Assembly: GCF_049514155.1 (NCBI RefSeq) | Contig: NZ_JBEKVH010000012.1 | Location: forward strand, 1,316-65,315 | Length of the DNA: 64,000 bases | Direction of reading: 5' to 3' | DNA from: Roseiarcus sp. | GTDB lineage: Bacteria > Pseudomonadota > Alphaproteobacteria > Rhizobiales > Beijerinckiaceae | Shown here: piece after piece, positions 8,398-15,307 of the stretch | Numbering within the stretch: position 1 is the first letter of the stretch | Layout: every line of letters starts with the position of its first letter | Translations under genes and position numbers: made by a program | The notes under the pieces: model-generated | Databases searched by the model: none | What the model saw: the letters and a program-made list of their open reading frames with translations, nothing else | What the model was told of the DNA's origin: nothing

Positions 8398-8399
8398 GC

Positions 8400-8744
8400 A
8401 TGAATTTAGAGGAGCTGGAAAGTCAGGCGGGCGCGGCGGAGGGCCTGCTCAAGGCGGTCGCCAATCGCCGCCGGCTGACGATCCTGTGTGAACTGTCGCG
8501 CGGCGAACGTTCTGTGTCGGATCTGGGCGAGGCGATCGGACTGAGCCAATCGGCGCTGTCGCAGCATCTCGCGCGGCTGCGCGCCGACCGCATCGTCGCG
8601 ACTCGGCGCGAGTCGCAGACGATCTACTATTCGCTGGAGAGCGAGCGCGTCAGGAAGCTGATCGACCTGCTCTACCAGCTCTATTGCGCGCCCGAATGCG
8701 GCGTCGAAACGAAAGCCAAAGAACAAGGAGAGGCGAAGCGATGA
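8400..8744 (+). CDS. ArsR-family regulator, two-Cys YgaV/BigR/SqrR type (paralog 1)
   Basis: 114 aa. wHTH core RRLTILCEL...LSQSALSQHLARLR. Cys30 (ILC) and Cys96 (LYCAP) are 66 residues apart, as in BigR C42/C108 and SqrR C41/C107. There is no ELCVCDL metal site. No SD upstream, so the transcript is possibly leaderless. Confidence 0.85.
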   Translation: MNLEELESQAGAAEGLLKAVANRRRLTILCELSRGERSVSDLGEAIGLSQSALSQHLARLRADRIVATRRESQTIYYSLESERVRKLIDLLYQLYCAPECGVETKAKEQGEAKR

Positions 8745-8944
8745 CGATCGACAAGGCGGTGATGGCGTTCGCGGGGACGGTGGTTCTGTTTAGCTTGGGG
8801 CTTTCGCTGTGGCTCAGCCTCTATTGGCTGCTGCTGACAGCTTTCGTCGGGCTCAATCTGCTGCAGGCCTCGTTCACCGGCTTCTGCCCGCTGGCGATTG
8901 CGCTGCGGTGCGTCGGCGTGCGGCCCGGTCAGGCGTTTCGCTGA
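8741..8944 (+). CDS. YgaP-like transmembrane domain protein (DUF2892)
   Basis: The ATG at 8741 overlaps the arsR1 stop (ATGA). 67 aa with two TM helices and the FTGFCPLAIAL motif characteristic of DUF2892, the C-terminal domain of E. coli YgaP. Confidence 0.6.
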   Translation: MTIDKAVMAFAGTVVLFSLGLSLWLSLYWLLLTAFVGLNLLQASFTGFCPLAIALRCVGVRPGQAFR

Positions 8945-8972
8945 CGCGCGGGCCGCGCAAAGGAGGTCAGTG

Positions 8973-9359
8973 ATGAACTACTATCTCTCGCGTTCGGTCG
9001 CGCTGGATTTCGAGGCGGCGGTCGCCAAGACGATCGCGGCGCTCAAGGCCGAGGGCTTCGGCGTGTTGACCGACATCGACATCGCCGCGACGCTGAAGCA
9101 GAAGCTCGGCGTCGACTTCCGCAAGTATCGCATTCTCGGCGCCTGCAATCCTCCGCTGGCGCACAAGGCGCTTTCCGCCGACGACAAGATCGGCGTGATG
9201 TTGCCGTGCAACGTCATCGTGCAGGAGAGGGCGGAAGGGGGCGCGGAACTGGCAGCGATCGATCCGCGCGCGGCGATGCAGCGGGTCGGCAACCCGGCGC
9301 TCTCGGCGGTCGCCGAAGAAGTCGCTGAGCGACTGTCGCGCGCGCTGCAAGCGGTCTGA
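8973..9359 (+). CDS. DUF302 domain protein
   Basis: ATG at 8973 preceded by AAAGGAGG. FGVLTDIDIAATLKQKLG...YRILGACNPPLAHKAL...IGVMLPCNVIV fits the DUF302 pattern. Confidence 0.8.
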   Translation: MNYYLSRSVALDFEAAVAKTIAALKAEGFGVLTDIDIAATLKQKLGVDFRKYRILGACNPPLAHKALSADDKIGVMLPCNVIVQERAEGGAELAAIDPRAAMQRVGNPALSAVAEEVAERLSRALQAV

Positions 9360-9371
9360 TCGACCTGCGCA

Positions 9372-9399
9372 GGCCGACGAAATCCTTGGGTCGGCTTTT
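9372..9399 (+). terminator. Rho-independent terminator of the arsR1-DUF2892-DUF302 operon
   Basis: GCCGAC (9373-9378), an 11-nt loop, GTCGGC (9390-9395), followed directly by TTTT (9396-9399). Lies 13 nt after the DUF302 stop. Confidence 0.55.
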
Positions 9400-9485
9400 G
9401 GCGGCGCTCGTTTGCGTGTAATGAGGACCCAGGCGCGAAAAGCGCGCCCGCCGCGGCTGCGCCGCGGTCTCGCACGGGAGCGATC

Positions 9486-9866
9486 ATGGACAAGCGCGTC
9501 GCAGCTAAGGCGCAGGTCGCGCCCGGCGGAGCGCGCTTGGCGATTGATCCGACCGAACTCGGCGCTCACGCCGAAGCCGCAGCGGCGTTGTTGCGCGCGA
9601 TGAGCGGCAAGGCGCGGCTGCTGGTGCTGTGCAATCTCGTGCACGGCGAGCGTTCGGTCGGCGAGCTGCAACGCATCGTCGGCCTCAGCCAGTCGGCGCT
9701 GTCGCAGCATCTGGCGGTGCTCAGGCGCTCGAAGTTGGTCGAGACGCGCCGCGAAACGCAGACGATCTATTATCGCTTGGCCGGCGGCGCGGCTGCGGCG
9801 GTGCTCGAGACGCTGCACGGCATCTATTGCGCGCCCCCGGCGGGCGGCAAATCGCGCGGCCGCTGA
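9486..9866 (+). CDS. ArsR-family regulator, two-Cys YgaV/BigR/SqrR type (paralog 2)
   Basis: 126 aa with SD GGGAG. ARLLVLCNL...LSQSALSQHLAVLR...GIYCAPP. Cys49 and Cys115 are again 66 residues apart. Confidence 0.85.
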   Translation: MDKRVAAKAQVAPGGARLAIDPTELGAHAEAAAALLRAMSGKARLLVLCNLVHGERSVGELQRIVGLSQSALSQHLAVLRRSKLVETRRETQTIYYRLAGGAAAAVLETLHGIYCAPPAGGKSRGR

Positions 9867-11308
9867 GTCGCGCCCTCCGGCGCGTACCAGTTCAGCTTCT
9901 CGCGCAGCGACACGACTGTGCCGACGATGACGATCGTTGGGCCACGCAGGTTCGCCGCGCGCGCCTTGGCGGCGAGGTCGGCGAGCGTCCCGACGACGAC
10001 GCGCTGGTTCACGCGCGCGCCGTTGTCGATGATCGCCGCGGGCAGGGCGGGGTCGCCGCCGCGGGCGACGAAGGCCTGCATCAGCTCTTCAACACGGTCG
10101 AGACCCATGTAGATCGCGACGGTCTGGTTGGGCTTGATCAGCGTTTCCCAGTCGAGATCGAGCGGGCCGTCGCGGCCATGACCGGTGACGAAGACGCAAG
10201 CCTGGGCGTGGTCGCGATGGGTCAGCGGGATGCCGGCATAGGCGGCGCAGGCGGTCGCGGCGGTGACGCCGGGACAGACCTGGAACGGGATGCCGTGTTC
10301 GGCGAGCTTTTCGATCTCTTCGCCGCCGCGGCCGAAGATGAATGGGTCGCCGCCTTTGAGCCGCAGCACCCGCTTGCCCTCGCGCGCGAGCCTGACCAGC
10401 AGATCGCTGATCTCTTCCTGTGGCAGCGCGTGGTCGGCGCGGCGCTTGCCGACATAGATGCGCTCGGCCTCGCGCCGCGCGAGATCGACGATGCTCGGAT
10501 CGACCAGCCGGTCGTAGAGCACGACGTCGGCCTTCTGCATCAGTCTGAGCGCGCGGAAGGTCAACAGGTCGGCATCGCCCGGACCGGCGCCGACGAGATA
10601 GACCTCGCCGAGCCACGGGCCTTCGCCGCTTTCCGTAGCGCGATCGAGAGCCTCGACGAGTGCGGCCTCGGCGGCCGGTTCGTTGCGGGCGAGCGCCAGC
10701 TCGGCGATCGGCCCGTCGAGGACGCGCTCCCAGAAGCGCCGCCGCGCGACCGGCGAGCGCAGCTTGCTGTTGACCTGCGCGCGCATGCGGCCGGCGAAGG
10801 CGGCGAGCCGGCCGTAGGCGGCGGGGATCAGCGTTTCCAGCCGAGCGCGCAGCATTCGCCCAAGAAGCGGCGAAGCGCCGCCGGTTGAGACCGCGACGAC
10901 GAGCGGCGCGCGGTCGAGGATCGAGGGTGAAATGAAATCGCTGAGATCGGAGCGGTCGGCGACGTTGATCGGCGGGCCGGCGCCGGCGAGCGCGGCGTGG
11001 AGCCGTTCGTCGGCGGCGGGATCGCCGGTCGCGATATAGCAGACGAGGCAGCCGGCGAGATCGGCGTGCGCCGGCTCGCGCGCGACATGGGTGAAGGCGA
11101 AGCGCTCGCTGAGCGGCGCGAACTCCTCCTCGTCGAGCCGCGGCGCGTAGATCGAGACGAGCGCGCCGGCGCGCGCCAGCGTTTCGACGCGGCGCGCCGC
11201 GACAAGACCGCCGCCGACGACCGCCGCTTTCTGACCGCAGGCGCGCAGGAACATCGGCAGGTAGGGCGTCGTCGCCGCGGCCGCGGGATCGGGACCGTCT
11301 TCGCTCAT
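9824..11308 (-). CDS. cysG: siroheme synthase (uroporphyrinogen-III C-methyltransferase / precorrin-2 dehydrogenase / ferrochelatase)
   Basis: 494 aa. N-terminal Rossmann segment KAAVVGGGLVAARR and C-terminal SUMT domain VYLVGAGPGDADLLTFRALRLMQKADVVLYDRLV...GGDPFIFGRGGEE. Confidence 0.9.
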   Translation of the reverse strand: MSEDGPDPAAAATTPYLPMFLRACGQKAAVVGGGLVAARRVETLARAGALVSIYAPRLDEEEFAPLSERFAFTHVAREPAHADLAGCLVCYIATGDPAADERLHAALAGAGPPINVADRSDLSDFISPSILDRAPLVVAVSTGGASPLLGRMLRARLETLIPAAYGRLAAFAGRMRAQVNSKLRSPVARRRFWERVLDGPIAELALARNEPAAEAALVEALDRATESGEGPWLGEVYLVGAGPGDADLLTFRALRLMQKADVVLYDRLVDPSIVDLARREAERIYVGKRRADHALPQEEISDLLVRLAREGKRVLRLKGGDPFIFGRGGEEIEKLAEHGIPFQVCPGVTAATACAAYAGIPLTHRDHAQACVFVTGHGRDGPLDLDWETLIKPNQTVAIYMGLDRVEELMQAFVARGGDPALPAAIIDNGARVNQRVVVGTLADLAAKARAANLRGPTIVIVGTVVSLREKLNWYAPEGATQRPRDLPPAGGAQ

Positions 11309-11335
11309 CAGCGCCTCATGGAGTCGCGCATCGGC

Positions 11336-12337
11336 TCAGGCCGCATCGGCGAGGCGGGCGCGATTGCGCGCGCGCCACAGCGCCTTGGCCCGCGCCCCGG
11401 CAGCGGCGGGATCGCGCTCGACGCCGAGCGTCGCCAGCGCGATCGCGACGGTGCCGATGATCGCCGCGGTCGCGTATTCGTCCTGTGTCTCGCCACGCCA
11501 CAGCGCCGCGAGGCGGTCGAGATCGAGGTTTTCATCGGGAATTGCGTGTGGGTCATCGAGCAGCGGCGGCCAGCGCGTTTCGCCGGCTGCGCCGTCGGCG
11601 ACGGTGAGTGTTTCGCACGGCTTGTTGGGCCGCCGCTCCGCTTCGCCGCCTTCGCCGCGGAACACCGTCATGCGCGCTTCGTCGAGCCTGAGCGCGGCGT
11701 CGCGGTGGATCGCCATGTAGCCGGGATGGAACACCGACTGGATCGAAGCCGGCGCGCCAAATGGATTGACGAGCCGCGCCAGCGTGTGGACCGGCGAGCG
11801 CAGGCCGAGGATCGTGCGCAAGGCGAATAGCTCGGCGAGCCGCGGGCAGAAGGCGTCGAGCGGCAGATAGACGAAATTGCGCGCTTCGAGATGGGCGGCG
11901 GCTTCGTCGAGGTCGGCGGCGATCGGCAGGCCGAGGCGGGCGATCGCCTCGCGTGTGTAAAGGCGCCCGGCGGTGTGGCCTTCGAGCCCGTGCATCGCGA
12001 CGCGCCAGCCGGCGTCGGCGAGCGTCAGCGCCGCGAGCAGGAACCACGGCAGGCGCCGGCGCTTGCCGGCGTAGCTCGGCCAGTCGAGGTCGGCGCGGAT
12101 CGCCGGCTTGGACAGGGTCGCGCGGACAGCGCGCACGAAACCAGCGATCTCGTCGCCGGTCTCCTCCTTGACCCTGAGCAGCATCAGGAAGGCGCCGATC
12201 TGCTCGGGTCGCGCGCCGCCGGCGAGGATCATCGCCATCGCTTCTTCGGCCTCGGCGAGCGTCAGGGCGCGCGTCAGCGACTTGCCGCGACCGAGAACGG
12301 CGATGAATCGCGCGAAAGGATGCGGTTCGGTTGCCAA
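11336..12337 (-). CDS. TrpD-like glycosyl transferase family 3 protein (anthranilate phosphoribosyltransferase-like), start uncertain
   Basis: The C-terminal roughly 330 aa of the 791-aa track ORF look genuine (PFARFIAVLGRGKSLTRALTLAEAEEAMAMILAGGARPEQIGAFLMLLRVKEET...). I chose the TTG at 12337. The only in-frame ATG (12520) would translate through the AT-rich sqr operator, and a GTG at 12445 has no SD. The gene stops 27 nt before cysG. Confidence 0.6.
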   Translation of the reverse strand: MATEPHPFARFIAVLGRGKSLTRALTLAEAEEAMAMILAGGARPEQIGAFLMLLRVKEETGDEIAGFVRAVRATLSKPAIRADLDWPSYAGKRRRLPWFLLAALTLADAGWRVAMHGLEGHTAGRLYTREAIARLGLPIAADLDEAAAHLEARNFVYLPLDAFCPRLAELFALRTILGLRSPVHTLARLVNPFGAPASIQSVFHPGYMAIHRDAALRLDEARMTVFRGEGGEAERRPNKPCETLTVADGAAGETRWPPLLDDPHAIPDENLDLDRLAALWRGETQDEYATAAIIGTVAIALATLGVERDPAAAGARAKALWRARNRARLADAA

Positions 12338-12476
12338 GGGAATCGATTGCGTTTCCGGGCGTCGTGCGCCGGCGGCGACGCTAGCGGAATGCGCCGGGGC
12401 GGGGAAGGGCGCCGGCGCCGCGACCGCCGCCGGGCCGCCGCCCACGCCGAAAGACGCACAGGGCGACCCTAGACAA

Positions 12477-12500
12477 ATTAGAATAACATGATATTCTAAT
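12477..12500. promoter_or_regulatory. perfect 9-6-9 inverted repeat ATTAGAATA-acatga-TATTCTAAT, candidate ArsR/SqrR-type operator in the sqr / trpD-like-cysG divergent region
   Basis: Read directly from the sequence as an AT-rich island in GC-rich DNA. It overlaps a plausible sqr promoter: TTAGAA (12478-12483), 16 nt, TATATG (12500-12505). The minus-strand 11-mer TATTCTAATTT (12485-12475) is identical to plus-strand 8382-8392 at the arsR1 promoter. Confidence 0.6.
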
Positions 12501-12556
12501 ATATGCAGCAGGCCGACCATGGCCGCGCGAGACGGGGAAACGCAGGAGAGGGAAAG

Positions 12557-13840
12557 GTGGCTGAAATCGTCATCATGGGCGCCGGACTTGGCGGCGCCGT
12601 CATGGCCTACGAAATGAAGGACCAGATGCGGCCGCAGGACAAGCTGACGGTCGTCACCAAGGACCCGATCTATCATTTCGTCCCGTCGAACCCGTGGGTC
12701 GCGGTCGGTTGGCGTTCTCGCCAGGCGGTCGAGGTCGACCTCGCCCCGACGCTGGCCAAGCGCGGGATCACCTTCAAGCCGGTGCCGGTGGTCAAGGTGT
12801 TTCCCAACGAGAACCGCCTGGAGCTCGCCGACGGTTCGGCGATCCGTTACGACTACCTCGTCATCGCTACCGGTCCCGAGCTCGCCTTTGACGAGATCGA
12901 GGGCCTCGGTCCCGACGCCAACACCTCGTCGATCTGCCACATCGACCACGCGTTGAAGGCCGGCGTCAGCTTCGAGGAGTTCTGCAAGAATCCCGGCCCG
13001 ATCGTCACCGGCGCGGTGCAGGGCGCCTCGTGCTTCGGCCCCGCCTACGAGTTCACCTTCATCCTCGAGACCGAACTCAGGCGTCGCCGCATTCGCGACC
13101 GCGTGCCGATGACCTTTGTCACCGCCGAGCCGTATATCGGCCATCTCGGTCTCGATGGCGTCGGCGACACCAAGGGCCTGCTCGAGAGCGAAATGCGCGA
13201 GCACCACATCAAGTGGATCACCAGCGCGCGGGTGAAAAAGGTCGAGCCGGGCAAGATGACGATCGAGGAAGTCGCCGACGACGGCTCGGTCAAGGCGACG
13301 CGCGAGTTGCCGTTCGCCTATTCGATGATGCTGCCCGCCTTCCGCGGCATCGCGCCGCTGCGCGGGATCGACGGCCTCGTCAATCCGCGCGGCTTCGTCG
13401 TCGTCGACAAGCACCAGCAGAACCCGAAATATCCGAATGTCTTCGGCGTCGGCGTGTGCGTCGCGATTGCGCCGGTCGGACCGACGCCGGTGCCATGCGG
13501 CGTGCCGAAGACGGGCTTCATGATCGAGTCGATGGTCACCGCGACCGCGCTCAACATCGGCCAGATGCTGCGCGGCGAGAAGCCGACCCACCAGGGGACC
13601 TGGAATGCCGTCTGCCTCGCCGACTTCGGCGATTCCGGCGTCGCCTTCGTCGCCCAGCCGCAAATCCCGCCGCGCAACGTCAACTGGTCGTCGTCGGGCC
13701 GGTGGGTGCACGCGGCCAAGCTGGGTTTCGAGAAGTATTTCCTGCGCAAGATGCGCAAAGGCGCGAGCGAGCCCTTCTACGAGTCGGCAGCGTTGAAGAT
13801 GCTCGGTATCGACAAGCTGAAGACGGTGACGACCGACTGA
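12557..13840 (+). CDS. sqr: sulfide:quinone oxidoreductase, type I
   Basis: GTG at 12557 preceded by GGAGAGGGAAAG. FAD fold IVIMGAGLGGA. Three Cys in SQR-typical contexts: SSICHIDH, GASCFGPAYEF and WNAVCLADFG (about positions 127/159/353, against 128/160/356 in the A. ferrooxidans enzyme). Confidence 0.9.
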   Translation: MAEIVIMGAGLGGAVMAYEMKDQMRPQDKLTVVTKDPIYHFVPSNPWVAVGWRSRQAVEVDLAPTLAKRGITFKPVPVVKVFPNENRLELADGSAIRYDYLVIATGPELAFDEIEGLGPDANTSSICHIDHALKAGVSFEEFCKNPGPIVTGAVQGASCFGPAYEFTFILETELRRRRIRDRVPMTFVTAEPYIGHLGLDGVGDTKGLLESEMREHHIKWITSARVKKVEPGKMTIEEVADDGSVKATRELPFAYSMMLPAFRGIAPLRGIDGLVNPRGFVVVDKHQQNPKYPNVFGVGVCVAIAPVGPTPVPCGVPKTGFMIESMVTATALNIGQMLRGEKPTHQGTWNAVCLADFGDSGVAFVAQPQIPPRNVNWSSSGRWVHAAKLGFEKYFLRKMRKGASEPFYESAALKMLGIDKLKTVTTD

Positions 13841-13862
13841 TTGCGGCCGGGGCGGCGTGCGG

Positions 13863-14213
13863 TCACGGGCCCGCGCCGTCCTTGGGCGCGCAAAACATCT
13901 CGTGGACCGCCGCCAGCATCGTTCGGATTTCTTCGTTCGCCAGGCGATAGTGGACGGTCGCGCCGTCGCGCCGGGCGGCCACCAGATTCTCGAGCCTGAG
14001 CCGCGCCAATTGCTGCGACACGGTCGACTGCCGCTGCGACAGGAACGCCTCCAGCTCGCCGACCGATTTCTCGCCGCCGGCGAGCGCGCACAGGATCAAC
14101 AGCCGCGATTCCTGCGCCAGCGCCTTGAGGAACACGCTCGCCTCGCGCGCCTTGCCGACCATCGCATCGAGGTCGACCGGCGTTTCGAACGCGCGCGGCG
14201 GTTGGGGCTTCAT
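13863..14213 (-). CDS. ArsR-family regulator, two-Cys YgaV/BigR/SqrR type (paralog 3)
   Basis: 116 aa. SRLLILCAL...QRQSTVSQQLARLR...EMFCAPKD. Cys42 and Cys108 match BigR in both numbering and 66-residue spacing. Convergent with sqr across a 22-nt gap. Confidence 0.85.
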   Translation of the reverse strand: MKPQPPRAFETPVDLDAMVGKAREASVFLKALAQESRLLILCALAGGEKSVGELEAFLSQRQSTVSQQLARLRLENLVAARRDGATVHYRLANEEIRTMLAAVHEMFCAPKDGAGP

Positions 14214-14287
14214 CGGCTTCGTCCCGGCGATTCAGAGGTCCGAGCCGAAGCTAGCGGCGACATCGAGGTCGGTAAAGCCGGCCGCGA

Positions 14288-15142
14288 TCACGCGGCGAGC
14301 CGCCAGATCCGCGTCGCGTTGCCGCGGAACAGTCGCGTCTGTTCGTCGAGGCTGCTGCCCTTGACGATGGCGTGAGTCGCCGCGACCCAGATCGACAGCG
14401 AGGCGGTCTGCGTGCATACCGGCCAGTCGCTGCCCCAGACGACGCGGTCCCAACCGAAGCTGGCGATCGCGTGCTCGACGTAGGGGCGAATGTCATCGAG
14501 CGTCCAGCTTTCCGCGTCGGCGTAGGCGACGACGCCGGAAATCTTCACCGCAACGTTCGGTCGACGCGCGATCTCGACGATCCGCTCGCGCCACAGGTGC
14601 TCCTCGCGCTCTTTGATCTTCGGCGCGCCGCAATGGTCAAGGACGAACTGCACGTCAGGGCAGAGGTCGACGAGCGCAATCGCTTTGTCGATCTGGTCGG
14701 AGCGGACGCAGAGGTCGAACGGACGTCCGGTCCCCGAGAGCCGCGCGACGTTGACGCGGAAGAGCGGCGACAGACTCACGCCGTCGGGGACGACATGCAG
14801 CACGCGGCGGAAGCCCTTGACCAGCGGATTGGCGAGCTGGCGCTCGAGAAAGGCAGGAAAGTCCGCGCGCTCGGGTCGGCATGAGCTGATCGCGCCGATC
14901 AGCGGGCTCTTTGGCCGGGCCGCGAGGCGCTTCACCTGTTCCGACTCGGCCTCGATCTGATTTTCGGCGACGTCGACTTCCATGTGCAGCGCCGATCCGA
15001 TGCCGCAGCGAAACGCTTCCGCCTGATAGCGTTCGAGCCGGAAGTCGTGGTTCAGCGCCGGAACGTCGGCGAGCCAGGGATAGGCGAGGACGCTGCGGTC
15101 GATGAGGTGGAGGTGGGTGTCGAGGATGCTCGGATAGGTCAT
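14288..15142 (-). CDS. amidohydrolase family protein (amidohydrolase_2 / lactonase-like)
   Basis: 284 aa. N-terminal ILDTHLHLID metal-binding motif and C-terminal WGSDWP motif typical of the amidohydrolase 2 family. Confidence 0.75.
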   Translation of the reverse strand: MTYPSILDTHLHLIDRSVLAYPWLADVPALNHDFRLERYQAEAFRCGIGSALHMEVDVAENQIEAESEQVKRLAARPKSPLIGAISSCRPERADFPAFLERQLANPLVKGFRRVLHVVPDGVSLSPLFRVNVARLSGTGRPFDLCVRSDQIDKAIALVDLCPDVQFVLDHCGAPKIKEREEHLWRERIVEIARRPNVAVKISGVVAYADAESWTLDDIRPYVEHAIASFGWDRVVWGSDWPVCTQTASLSIWVAATHAIVKGSSLDEQTRLFRGNATRIWRLAA

Positions 15143-15307
15143 CGGATCCGACTCGCGGGCCAGAAGCGGCGGGCGCAGAAATAGGCGCGGCGCGAGGCGG
15201 GGTCAAAAGAGCGCCGGCTCTTGCGCGCCGCGCGCCGATGTGTTGATCGGTTGGACGCGAGACCGACTGTAAGGCGCTCGGCGACATTGAGGGAGCGGAG
15301 CAGGACC

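Noticed and set aside
12477-12500. Irr iron-control element (ICE, TTTAGAA-N3-TTCTAAA) because of the TTAGAA/TTCTAA cores
   Set aside because: The cores here are separated by 10 nt, not 3. The flanking genes are sulfur-related and not iron-related, and adjacent ArsR-type regulators offer a better explanation.
12338-13711. N-terminal 460 aa of the 791-aa minus-strand ORF (11336-13711)
   Set aside because: It lies antisense to sqr and is Arg/Asp/Gly-rich. Only the C-terminal TrpD-like part is credible. The in-frame ATG at 12520 would translate through the AT-rich operator palindrome.
8400-14213. The three ArsR proteins as arsenic or heavy-metal sensors
   Set aside because: They have no ELCVCDL/CVC metal site, there are no ars, czc or cad structural genes nearby, and the RND TM4 motif is HAE-like. 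The Cys pattern matches the persulfide-sensing subgroup.
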